64,000 bases of DNA from Escherichia coli (GTDB lineage: Bacteria > Pseudomonadota > Gammaproteobacteria > Enterobacterales > Enterobacteriaceae): NCBI RefSeq assembly GCF_009931435.1, contig NZ_CP043414.1, one strand, 5' to 3'. This document shows, one piece after another, positions 1-9,483 of this stretch. A program made the position numbers and the translations under genes. How positions within the stretch are numbered: position 1 is the stretch's first letter; every line of letters starts with the position of its first letter. The notes beneath the pieces were generated by a model. The model was not told the DNA's origin and did not search any database. It saw nothing but the letters and a program-made list of their open reading frames with translations.

Positions 1-3000
1 GCTGCTCCCAAAACGAACCCGTGGCGCACTGGCAGTAGTGTTGAACGCCCAGAGGGGGTCTTTGAATACCTCCATTCCATGCGCCGTGTTTTTACATAAC
101 GTAATGGCAGCAGATGCACTCTCTCCACGTCGACCCGCGCGGCCTGCACGCTGCAAATAATTTGCCGGAGCTGGAGGAACGTTGTTCATTGCCACCAAAC
201 TCATACCACCAATGTCCACCCCCATCTCCATGGTCGTGGAGCAGTTCAGCACATTAACTTTGCCTGACTTAAATTGTTTTTCATTAAACTGGTTCTGCTC
301 AGGCGTTCTCTGCGCAGAGTGTTCCTCCAGACGATACCAGCTATCTTTCAGGGCCAGTCGGTCGCTGCGAGTAGACCATAATCCTTCCTCGCGGGCATGT
401 TGAATCAGCGCATTACTTTCCAGCCACTCCAGACGTTCTTCTCGGGCGATTTCTCCACCACCAGACAAACGCCAGTGACGTACAGGAAGCTCAGGCATTT
501 CAATCAACACTGCTTTTTCAGGTGCAATTTCTTTGCTACCCGGCAAATACGGAGAGTATCCCAGTAACGTGACGTCTAACGCACGTCGAGTATAGGGGCA
601 ACGCCACACTTGCTTTGGACTGTAAAATTCAGCTTGTTGTTTAATATCCAGCTGATAACCCGACTCAAACTGACGTAAGCAGGGTCGAATTGCATCCCAG
701 ACCTCAATCATTAAGTGGTTAACTAACGATTTCCAGTGAGCCTGCTCAGGTTGTATTGCCGGAAAGACTGCAATTAATAGCTTAATGACCCGGTTATAAT
801 GGCGATCGCGTATTTGTGGCCAAAGTTGATCACGTTTCTGCCCTTTGTTTTTTTTATCTGGACCCTGCAGCATTTTTACCGGGAAACGAGCCCCCATCCA
901 GCGAGGGTATTGCTCGTTTTCGTAAAAAACGGCACTGTTTTCACGTATAAAGAAATCAAGAGTAATCTTCAATAAATTACGCCATTCCGCTAATTGCTTA
1001 TCGGGATCGGGTAATAATGTCTTCCAGTCCTGCGGGCAGGTTGTAACTTTATCAATAAATGGATAGTGAATGGCTACCAGACCCAGACTTTCGAGGGTCC
1101 AGGCATTTTTAGGGCGGCGACCAAACTCACTGTATAAACAAAAATCTGCAAACTGTTGTTTAGTAAGATCAAGCCCAGACAATTCTTTAAAACTGCCTCT
1201 CATTCTATCGGCAAGGTCCACACTGCCAACCAGCTGTTCAGACAGTGTTTGCCATGACATGGTTTTCTTCTGCTGATTGCCAGAGTTAGCCTGGAGTATT
1301 TGCATCGCTTCAGCATGATCCGGGCTTAAGGAACTCACCATCGGCTCGATAATTTTAAGTGCCTGAATGTCCGCCGGGCTAAGCTCTTCATTAGCAACCA
1401 TCGCTTTTTTCAGCGCGTCAATAGAGTTTTTTAAAGGAAGGATAGAAAACTGGGCAATAAAACTCTCTAACAATGCGCAGTGTGCCGGGCTGAGCTTTGC
1501 TGATGGCTCATTAATATTGGCCAGCTCCTGGTAGCAAAGAGCTCGCAACGTCGCTTTATCGGCATCCTGCTGTAAGCGGGCAGAAATGCGGGCAGTGCCC
1601 TGACGTGAATCCGTAAAGGTGAGCAGACGTCGACCATTAAACGGTCCTAACTGCTCTTCTCTTGTCTGCGGTAATGGTGAAAACTCCAGCAGAGTAGGAA
1701 TAATTTCATTTAAAAAAAAGGGCGCGCCAAGTCGAAGCGGACGGAATAAAGGATTATTTTTTCGTTGGGTGTCACCACAGCAAACACAAGCAAAGGAATT
1801 ATTACGTCCCTCACCTCGAGATTCCGGTCTTAACAGGTTTATTTCATAGTGCTTTTGCGCTTCACTATCAATTTTCCCCGCCGTCGTTTCTTCCAGTGAA
1901 ATGATATATTTTTCACCATCGCTCGCAATCAGACGATCAAATTGAGAGTTATTGTCTAATTCGTCGTTGTCTTCATCTTCAGAATAAACATCTACATCAA
2001 GAGCAAACTCATCCACTTCGGCAGCGGCGGGTTGCGCTACCAACCAGTTCGTTCCATCACCGCGCATCTCCTCTTTGGCAGACAAATAAGCTGAACCACA
2101 CCCGGAGCAACGTAAAACTTCAAATACCGGCGCACCACAGTCACAATATTGGCGCTGCTCAAACCATACCTGACCAAATGGCCAGTCACTCTGATTTAAT
2201 TCATGTGCTTTATGTGAGCATTGTTTGTTTGAACATGCCCATAGACCCGCCAGTGTTCTGATAAATCCATGCATACGTAATGGCGTAAAAGCCAGTTCAC
2301 CTTCTCGCGATCTTGCCATTAGATCGAGGAGTTGCAGTAGCTCACGGTGATTAATATCTGGCCAGGTTCTTCTGGCAACATTGAGCAACTCACTCAAACG
2401 TACTGCCTGCCGTCCGGGATGAGTTAACGCCTGACGCAATTGCTGGGCCACACGGTAATGACAAAGCTGTTGGTAAAGATCCTGAGGGCTCAGAGATTTA
2501 AGAGAAGTTAAAGATGTGGGGTATTCATGACGAATCAGCGACTCCGATACCCGCGGTATTTGTCGATAACCGCGAACCACTTTGACATCACGTTCTGTAA
2601 CGCCCGCGAGATCAGCGACAAATTTAGCAAGCTCCTTATTACCTTCAGGAGAGTCTTCACCAATAGTGGCAGAGGTCGCGATAATCTGCACAGGTTTATC
2701 TGTGCCGGGTCCAACATTGAAAGCCTGCATAACACGACGTAAAAGCAGCGCTAACTCAGCAGCCTGAGAACCAATATAACTATGGGCTTCATCCAGGACG
2801 ATATACTTTAACATCCCCTGAGACTTTTCGATGATTGGGGCATCTTTACGACGAATCAGCATATATTCCAGCATGGTGGTATTCGTCACCATGATGGAAG
2901 GTGGTGCTTCGTAAATGGCTTCCCGACTCAAAGCTTGTTCAGGTACTTTCAACTGATCTTCCTGAATTTCGTATTTGGTATGCCGGGTTTCGCCATTATA

Positions 3001-3543
3001 TAGCGCGAAGCGTATTTTCCCCTTAAATCCGCGCGTCCATTCGCGAAGCCGCTCCTGTTGACTGTTAATTAATGCATTTAACGGATACAAGAAAATAGCT
3101 TGTGTCCCTGTTAGTGACTGGCGGGTCGATTTTTGCTGACGAATAAGATCTTCCAGAACCGGTACCATAAAGCATTCTGTTTTCCCGGATCCCGTACCGC
3201 TGCTCACTAACAAGGATTTTTTGTCTTCCAGAATTGTTCGCCACGCAGTGAGTTGATGACGAAATGGCACTGGCGCTTTGCTCAATGCATCAACCAGCGG
3301 GCTGGAGATCAGCTTGTCCCGCAAATCCTCCATTGTTTCATCCGCAGGCATCCAGCCGAATGTACTTTCGAATACCGGGTCTGCAAGCAGTGACCCCTCC
3401 TGACCGGGAGGCTGAAAATATTGTGATTCCAGATAATGAGTCAACGACTTGCTCCGCAATGCCAACTGACTTACCACCGACCTCACCGCACGCTGATGAA
3501 GCTGATTTAGAAGTGGCGCATAATGCAGTTGCTGAACGTCCAT
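1..3543 (-). CDS. Large superfamily-2 DEAH helicase, C-terminus runs off the window (at least 1181 codons visible); candidate Druantia DruE-like
   Basis: Minus-strand frame appears uninterrupted from ATG at 3541-3543 to position 1 (checked by hand at several points; not in ORF track because no stop in window). Walker A SSGTGSGKT near 3179-3205, DEAH box VLDEAH at 2782-2799, motif V MEMGVDIGG near 205-231, motif VI QRAGRAGRRGE near 121-153. Cys clusters (FACVCCGD, CSNKQCSH, CDCGAPVFEVLRCSGCG) lie between about 1770 and 2260. Confidence 0.75.
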   Translation of the reverse strand, partial: MDVQQLHYAPLLNQLHQRAVRSVVSQLALRSKSLTHYLESQYFQPPGQEGSLLADPVFESTFGWMPADETMEDLRDKLISSPLVDALSKAPVPFRHQLTAWRTILEDKKSLLVSSGTGSGKTECFMVPVLEDLIRQQKSTRQSLTGTQAIFLYPLNALINSQQERLREWTRGFKGKIRFALYNGETRHTKYEIQEDQLKVPEQALSREAIYEAPPSIMVTNTTMLEYMLIRRKDAPIIEKSQGMLKYIVLDEAHSYIGSQAAELALLLRRVMQAFNVGPGTDKPVQIIATSATIGEDSPEGNKELAKFVADLAGVTERDVKVVRGYRQIPRVSESLIRHEYPTSLTSLKSLSPQDLYQQLCHYRVAQQLRQALTHPGRQAVRLSELLNVARRTWPDINHRELLQLLDLMARSREGELAFTPLRMHGFIRTLAGLWACSNKQCSHKAHELNQSDWPFGQVWFEQRQYCDCGAPVFEVLRCSGCGSAYLSAKEEMRGDGTNWLVAQPAAAEVDEFALDVDVYSEDEDNDELDNNSQFDRLIASDGEKYIISLEETTAGKIDSEAQKHYEINLLRPESRGEGRNNSFACVCCGDTQRKNNPLFRPLRLGAPFFLNEIIPTLLEFSPLPQTREEQLGPFNGRRLLTFTDSRQGTARISARLQQDADKATLRALCYQELANINEPSAKLSPAHCALLESFIAQFSILPLKNSIDALKKAMVANEELSPADIQALKIIEPMVSSLSPDHAEAMQILQANSGNQQKKTMSWQTLSEQLVGSVDLADRMRGSFKELSGLDLTKQQFADFCLYSEFGRRPKNAWTLESLGLVAIHYPFIDKVTTCPQDWKTLLPDPDKQLAEWRNLLKITLDFFIRENSAVFYENEQYPRWMGARFPVKMLQGPDKKNKGQKRDQLWPQIRDRHYNRVIKLLIAVFPAIQPEQAHWKSLVNHLMIEVWDAIRPCLRQFESGYQLDIKQQAEFYSPKQVWRCPYTRRALDVTLLGYSPYLPGSKEIAPEKAVLIEMPELPVRHWRLSGGGEIAREERLEWLESNALIQHAREEGLWSTRSDRLALKDSWYRLEEHSAQRTPEQNQFNEKQFKSGKVNVLNCSTTMEMGVDIGGMSLVAMNNVPPAPANYLQRAGRAGRRGESASAAITLCKNTAHGMEVFKDPLWAFNTTASAPRVRFGSS

Positions 3544-6500
3544 CAATGACATACTCCTGCTTGTTCAAAATAATATTGATAGATTACCCCTAATTGCTGT
3601 GGGGCTTGCTGATAGTGAAATTCAAAAAGCGCAGACAGTTGATGTATCAGGTTATTATCTTTTTGGGTTAACAGCGCTGCGACTAACATCAAATTAAAAC
3701 GTTTTTCAAGCCGTGAGTGATATTTATCTTCAATCCAAAGCTTATTAAAAACAGATTTTAACTCTGGAGTAATAGCACTAGACCAAAGTTCTTTAGGGAA
3801 GATACTGATACGCCCAAAGCTGTCGGGGTTCCTTAATAGCATCTGTTTAGCTTCATTAAACTGCTCACGACTAACAGTTGGCAATACATCACAACCGGTT
3901 GGTAGGCTCTCACTATATGTAAGTAACATATTCGCAATGGGAGCCAGCCGACGATCGATATGTGCACGATGGTTCATAAAAGCAATAAAGGGTTGCAATA
4001 TATGTAATGCTAATGTTTTATCGTTAATCTGTTTTTCCAGATAAGTCCAACATTTTTGGAAAACATCTTTCCAGATTGAAACGGGAATCCATCCCCATGA
4101 AAAGGGTAATTCTTCCTGTATATCATAAATCGTATCGCTATCACCAGAAAGACATGATGATATTAACAATTGAACAACCACGCGGTAATTACTCGAAATA
4201 CCTCTGAACAAGTCCAGATCCAGCAAGGATAAGCCATTATTCATTTTGTACTTCTTAATATACTCTGTTAATAAACAGCAATAATTTTGCAATGGGTTGT
4301 TATCTATTTCAAAAATTAGCTCATTAAAATTTTTTTTGCGCTGTTCTGGGTCTGCTTCGCATAGAGCATTTAGTAATAAATCATTTGTCTGCAATACAGG
4401 TAGCATCCATTTAATTACTGGTGCAATGCGAGCTGTACCATCAAGTTTTCCCACAATTAACCATGGACTATCCTGAACATTCAGAGCTGAAAGATCATAA
4501 GCAAATTCATCTTTTTTTAGCAATGATTTGTGTAAGCCAGGATCCTTAAGAGAAATAGCATCAACAACCAGTTCGTCTATTCTATTTGCAGGAAAAACAA
4601 CAGAATTTTTTATATCAACCAGCAACCCTTGATCGTGTTCAATAAAACTACCATCGTAGCGTTTAATATTGAGTGTTGCTTTATCCTTTCCAAATCTGTC
4701 AGAGTAAAAATCAACACATAATGTACTATTGCTGTTCCATGCACATGCCAGCATAGCATTTAGCAAATTATAGTTCTCATAAAGTGAAATTTGTTGTAAT
4801 TTGTCATTGCGTCCTGATAAAAGAGGAAGGTCGGCATGTAAATAACGGAATTTTTCAGCTACTGGATTTTCATCCAATAACTCGATATTAAGATATCCTC
4901 TTCCAGCACATGATATGGTTAATAACTCAGCATCTATTCCATGCAAATGTGCTATAGATGCCACACCATCAAAATGAACAGAACCATCATTAGTTACAAA
5001 TCGGCCACCGCTAACCGGCTTAGGTAATAATAGTTTAAGATTAGAACCATCTTTCCAGGAGACCCGTAAATCAACGGTATTTTCCAGCATCTGCGATGAA
5101 TTATAATAAATAGCACACTCGTTTTGTGAATAATCGGACTTAAGTGTTACTTTTTCATTGTTTGAATATTTATCAATTCTAGTATCCGTTATACCAGAAA
5201 GCATAATAATGCCTTGCTGAGCACTCTCAGGTATAATATTAATATCGAAGTCTGCTGGTAAAACTACAACTTTACCGCTAAATAAAACCTCATCATTAAC
5301 TATTCGCCGGACTTCTATCTGTCCTTTTGGCATTTCTGATGCGACAGAATACCAGGCATTGTTACCTGAACGAATGGAACGCCAAAAAAGTTCTTTCTCC
5401 GGTACAATGCCATATTGCAGATCCTTTTTCCAACCGATCTTCGGCCAGGCTCGATGGACAGGATAATCCGATTTAACCAGTTCAACTTCTGTCGATTTAA
5501 TATAATATTCAATCGCAGAATCATAAAGTTGCTGGGTGCGAATTGTACAAACAGCACCATCATGTAAAACAACGCTAAATACTCCACTTATTTTAGTTAA
5601 GCTGCGTTCACTGTTTTTCAGCAACCTTGGGATATCAAACTCACCTTCTCCACTAATATCTAAATGGCTATTTTTCGGTAGCGAAATAAACAGAGCATTT
5701 AGCCTGGAACTCACAGACCCCATACCGACAAGTTTTAGCTGCGATTCACTCTCATTCATCGCTTCAAAAACCCAGGGGAGTTCTTCAGTAAGTTCATAAC
5801 CGCCTTTTGGAATTGTGTGGCCTAACAGAATTGGACCTTCATGAAGCGACAACGAGATTTCGGCCATTGCATCTGCACCAGAGAGCTTTTGCATCGCAAT
5901 AGGTAATAACTCGACCCGCCAATCTTGCTGCTCATAACGGCTTAGCATTGCCAACCTTGCCCCGCCATTTCTCCATTTTCCTGAAATGATGAGTCGGGTC
6001 TGCTCCGGCTGAATATGGCATTCAAACAAAGAGGTTAACTGTTCTGTACGCATTGTGGCCGGGAATCGGAACCGGGCATCACAATACCAACTGTCATCAA
6101 CATCGACCCAGATTCTTTCAACCTGAAGACTACTTGCACTGCGTATTTCAGAAGATTGAGAAAGTAATCGCCTTACAATCTCTGCAGCATTCGCTTCGGG
6201 GAGAACGAGTGGAAGTTGAAGATGCCAGTCTGGAGAGAGCTTACGTAATGCAGAAACGGGATCACTGCTTTGAGGTGGATGCTCACTAAGTAATCGGCAG
6301 AGAGTCTCGCAGAATTCACCGGCTATTTCATAGACCAGTTCGTTTTGCATTGTGACAGGAATCGTATCGCCTAATTCTTGTGCAATTTTAGCGGCAGGAT
6401 ATTGAGATGCTTGCCCACGAAGCGCCTGATATATCCTTCTGAAATAGGTAATCAAATAACCGCTCTCATTTTCAATCATGCGGATAGGTAAACCACCTTC

Positions 6501-6902
6501 ACAAGCCAGTGTATGCAGATAACCCGAAGCTTGCCCCAGGTTTCTTATCTTTCTTTTCCAGTAGCGAATGCCATCATTAACCAGCTTCTGTCGATGAACA
6601 TACGGAACTTTCCAGTCAATAGAATCTAAAATTGTGTCCCATTTAGGGTGTCCGACCGTATGAGTCCGGCGGATAAACTCTGCGGCATATATGCTAAATA
6701 GAACATCGCTATAGGAAATGAATATCGTTCTTGGATAACTACGAGGGGCATATGTACGCAGTAGTTCTGCCAAACTTTCGTACTCTGTATCAGTACAACG
6801 GTAAGCATATAACGCCCGTCCATCAGCTCCGGATAATGAACGGCGACTAAAAAACATGTTAAGCCATTGCAAAAGTGGGTTAACTGGAGTTTTCACAAGC
6901 AA
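3543..6902 (-). CDS. Hypothetical 1119-aa protein, no recognisable motifs; upstream partner of the helicase (candidate DruH-like)
   Basis: Single long ORF in track; AT-rich; its TGA stop overlaps the helicase ATG (ATGA at 3541-3545), implying translational coupling. Confidence 0.6.
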   Translation of the reverse strand: MLVKTPVNPLLQWLNMFFSRRSLSGADGRALYAYRCTDTEYESLAELLRTYAPRSYPRTIFISYSDVLFSIYAAEFIRRTHTVGHPKWDTILDSIDWKVPYVHRQKLVNDGIRYWKRKIRNLGQASGYLHTLACEGGLPIRMIENESGYLITYFRRIYQALRGQASQYPAAKIAQELGDTIPVTMQNELVYEIAGEFCETLCRLLSEHPPQSSDPVSALRKLSPDWHLQLPLVLPEANAAEIVRRLLSQSSEIRSASSLQVERIWVDVDDSWYCDARFRFPATMRTEQLTSLFECHIQPEQTRLIISGKWRNGGARLAMLSRYEQQDWRVELLPIAMQKLSGADAMAEISLSLHEGPILLGHTIPKGGYELTEELPWVFEAMNESESQLKLVGMGSVSSRLNALFISLPKNSHLDISGEGEFDIPRLLKNSERSLTKISGVFSVVLHDGAVCTIRTQQLYDSAIEYYIKSTEVELVKSDYPVHRAWPKIGWKKDLQYGIVPEKELFWRSIRSGNNAWYSVASEMPKGQIEVRRIVNDEVLFSGKVVVLPADFDINIIPESAQQGIIMLSGITDTRIDKYSNNEKVTLKSDYSQNECAIYYNSSQMLENTVDLRVSWKDGSNLKLLLPKPVSGGRFVTNDGSVHFDGVASIAHLHGIDAELLTISCAGRGYLNIELLDENPVAEKFRYLHADLPLLSGRNDKLQQISLYENYNLLNAMLACAWNSNSTLCVDFYSDRFGKDKATLNIKRYDGSFIEHDQGLLVDIKNSVVFPANRIDELVVDAISLKDPGLHKSLLKKDEFAYDLSALNVQDSPWLIVGKLDGTARIAPVIKWMLPVLQTNDLLLNALCEADPEQRKKNFNELIFEIDNNPLQNYCCLLTEYIKKYKMNNGLSLLDLDLFRGISSNYRVVVQLLISSCLSGDSDTIYDIQEELPFSWGWIPVSIWKDVFQKCWTYLEKQINDKTLALHILQPFIAFMNHRAHIDRRLAPIANMLLTYSESLPTGCDVLPTVSREQFNEAKQMLLRNPDSFGRISIFPKELWSSAITPELKSVFNKLWIEDKYHSRLEKRFNLMLVAALLTQKDNNLIHQLSALFEFHYQQAPQQLGVIYQYYFEQAGVCH

Positions 6903-7113
6903 CCTGCCTTCCTTTGATACAATTCGTAACAGGTTACTATCATCATAAAAAAGCTCAACCCGATGAACTCGCTAAAAATGAGACAAATCATTTATATCTC
7001 GAAAAAACTTGTTACAATCATGAGCGCTACACCGAACTTAACCATATAAATTATGTGCGTTTTGTTTATTTTTTAAACAATTACAACTATCCATTATTTA
7101 CACAGGTATCAAA

Positions 7114-8766
7114 ATGTTAGCGCAGCTTTTTGAGCAGTTGTTTCAATCGATAGACTCTACACTGATCACCAATATTTTCATCTGGGCTGTTATATTCGTA
7201 TTTTTATCAGCGTGGTGGTGTGACAAAAAAAATATACATAGTAAGTTTAGAGAATATGCTCCAACCTTAATGGGGGCATTAGGTATTCTGGGTACTTTCA
7301 TTGGTATTATTATTGGGTTACTCAATTTTAATACTGAAAGTATTGATACCAGCATCCCCGTATTATTAGGCGGCCTAAAAACAGCATTCATTACAAGCAT
7401 TGTAGGTATGTTTTTTGCCATTTTATTTAATGGAATGGATGCTTTCTTTTTTGCCAATAAACGAAGTGCGTTAGCAGAAAATAACCCTGAATCTGTTACA
7501 CCTGAACATATCTATCATGAATTAAAAGAGCAGAACCAGACTCTGACTAAATTAGTCTTGGGTATTAACGGTGATAGTGAAGGTTCTCTTATTGCTCAAA
7601 TAAAATTACTACGTACTGAGATTAGCGATTCCTCGCAGGCACAATTAGCTAATCACACTCATTTCAGTAATAAGCTTTGGGAACAACTTGAACAATTTGC
7701 AGATCTAATGGCAAAAGGTGCTACAGAACAAATTATTGATGCTTTACGACAAGTCATTATTGATTTTAATGAAAATTTAACTGAACAGTTTGGTGAAAAC
7801 TTTAAAGCACTTGATGCCTCTGTAAAAAAACTTGTTGAGTGGCAGGAAAATTATAAAACGCAAGTTGAGCTGATGTCAGAACAATATCAACAAAGTGTCG
7901 AGTCTCTGGTTGAAACAAAAACTGCGGTTGCCGGGATTTGGGAAGAATGTAAAGAAATTCCTCTGGCTATGTCTGAACTGCGTGAAGTGCTTCAGGTGAA
8001 CCAACATCAAATCAGCGAACTCTCCCGCCATTTAGAAACCTTTGTCGCTATCCGCGATAAAGCTACAACCGTATTACCTGAAATACAGAACAAAATGGCT
8101 GAAGTGGGTGAACTGCTGAAATCCGGAGCTGCAAATGTTAGTGCATCTCTTGAGCAAACCAGCCAGCAAATACTTCTTAATGCAGATTCAATGCGCGTGG
8201 CCCTGGATGAAGGTACCGAAGGATTCAGACAATCGGTTACCCAAACACAACAAGCATTTGCCTCGATGGCACATGATGTCAGCAATTCCTCCGAAACTCT
8301 AACCAGCACGTTAGGTGAAACAATTACTGAAATGAAACAAAGTGGTGAAGAATTCCTGAAGTCACTAGAGTCGCACTCGAAAGAATTGCATAGAAATATG
8401 GAACAAAATACGACTAATGTAATTGATATGTTCAGTAAGACTGGTGAAAAGATTAACCATCAACTATCCAGTAATGCCGATAATATGTTTGATTCAATCC
8501 AGACATCATTTGATAAGGCAAGTGCAGGGCTGACTTCTCAAGTCAGAGAATCAATTGAAAAATTTGCTCTATCCATCAACGAGCAGTTACATGCTTTTGA
8601 GCAAGCAACTGAACGTGAGATGAACCGTGAAATGCAATCATTAGGTAATGCTCTGCTTTCAATCAGCAAAGGTTTTGTCGGTAACTATGAAAAACTTATT
8701 AAAGATTACCAAATAATTATGGGACAGTTACAAGCATTAATTTCTGCTAATAAACATCGAGGGTAA
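7114..8766 (+). CDS. zorA: MotA/ExbB/TolQ-like membrane protein with long coiled-coil tail; ZorA-like (Zorya)
   Basis: Three N-terminal hydrophobic helices (LITNIFIWAVIFVFLSAWW, LMGALGILGTFIGIIIGLL, IPVLLGGLKTAFITSIVGMFFAILF) followed by about 440 aa of Q/E/L-rich heptad-like sequence; first gene of a three-gene operon. Confidence 0.65.
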   Translation: MLAQLFEQLFQSIDSTLITNIFIWAVIFVFLSAWWCDKKNIHSKFREYAPTLMGALGILGTFIGIIIGLLNFNTESIDTSIPVLLGGLKTAFITSIVGMFFAILFNGMDAFFFANKRSALAENNPESVTPEHIYHELKEQNQTLTKLVLGINGDSEGSLIAQIKLLRTEISDSSQAQLANHTHFSNKLWEQLEQFADLMAKGATEQIIDALRQVIIDFNENLTEQFGENFKALDASVKKLVEWQENYKTQVELMSEQYQQSVESLVETKTAVAGIWEECKEIPLAMSELREVLQVNQHQISELSRHLETFVAIRDKATTVLPEIQNKMAEVGELLKSGAANVSASLEQTSQQILLNADSMRVALDEGTEGFRQSVTQTQQAFASMAHDVSNSSETLTSTLGETITEMKQSGEEFLKSLESHSKELHRNMEQNTTNVIDMFSKTGEKINHQLSSNADNMFDSIQTSFDKASAGLTSQVRESIEKFALSINEQLHAFEQATEREMNREMQSLGNALLSISKGFVGNYEKLIKDYQIIMGQLQALISANKHRG

Positions 8767-8772
8767 TCGATC

Positions 8773-9480
8773 ATGGATAAGATTATAGGGAAACAATTAC
8801 CTAAAAAAGATCAAGATAATGAACACTGGGTATCCATGTCAGACCTAATGGCAGGGCTGATGATGGTTTTTATGTTCATATCTATTGCTTATATGCACTA
8901 CGTACGTATTGAAAAAGAAAAAATTAAAGAAGTTGCCGTAGCCTACGAGAATGCTCAGTTACAGCTTTATAATGCTCTGGATATTGAGTTTGCAAAGGAT
9001 TTACAAGACTGGGATGCAGAGATCGATAAACAGACTCTGGAGGTTCGATTTAAATCACCGGATGTTTTATTTGGCTTAGGAAGCACAGAGCTAAAACCAA
9101 AGTTTAAACTCATTCTTGACGACTTCTTTCCTCGCTACCTAAAAGTTCTAGATAATTATCAGGACCATATTACTGAAGTCCGCATTGAAGGTCACACAAG
9201 TACTGACTGGACAGGAACAACGAATCCTGATATTGCTTATTTTAATAATATGGCACTATCACAAGGTCGTACACGTGCAGTATTACAATACGTTTATGAC
9301 ATAAAAAATATCGCGACACACCAACAATGGGTTAAAAGTAAATTTGCCGCAGTAGGTTATTCATCTGCACATCCCATTCTTGATAAAACCGGCAAGGAGG
9401 ATCCTAATCGCTCTCGTCGTGTCACCTTCAAAGTTGTAACAAATGCCGAATTGCAGATTAGAAAGATTATTCAGGAGTAA
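8773..9480 (+). CDS. zorB: MotB/OmpA-like peptidoglycan-anchoring protein; ZorB-like
   Basis: N-terminal TM segment (LMAGLMMVFMFISIAYM) and C-terminal OmpA/MotB-like region (NMALSQGRTRAVLQYV, NRSRRVTF); starts 6 nt after zorA stop. Confidence 0.65.
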   Translation: MDKIIGKQLPKKDQDNEHWVSMSDLMAGLMMVFMFISIAYMHYVRIEKEKIKEVAVAYENAQLQLYNALDIEFAKDLQDWDAEIDKQTLEVRFKSPDVLFGLGSTELKPKFKLILDDFFPRYLKVLDNYQDHITEVRIEGHTSTDWTGTTNPDIAYFNNMALSQGRTRAVLQYVYDIKNIATHQQWVKSKFAAVGYSSAHPILDKTGKEDPNRSRRVTFKVVTNAELQIRKIIQE

Positions 9481-9483
9481 GAG

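Noticed and set aside
1-3540. Short plus-strand ORFs (182-403, 1070-1276, 1619-1849, 2527-2742, 3264-3593)
   Set aside because: All lie within the long minus-strand helicase frame, which carries clear SF2 motifs; they are frame artefacts.
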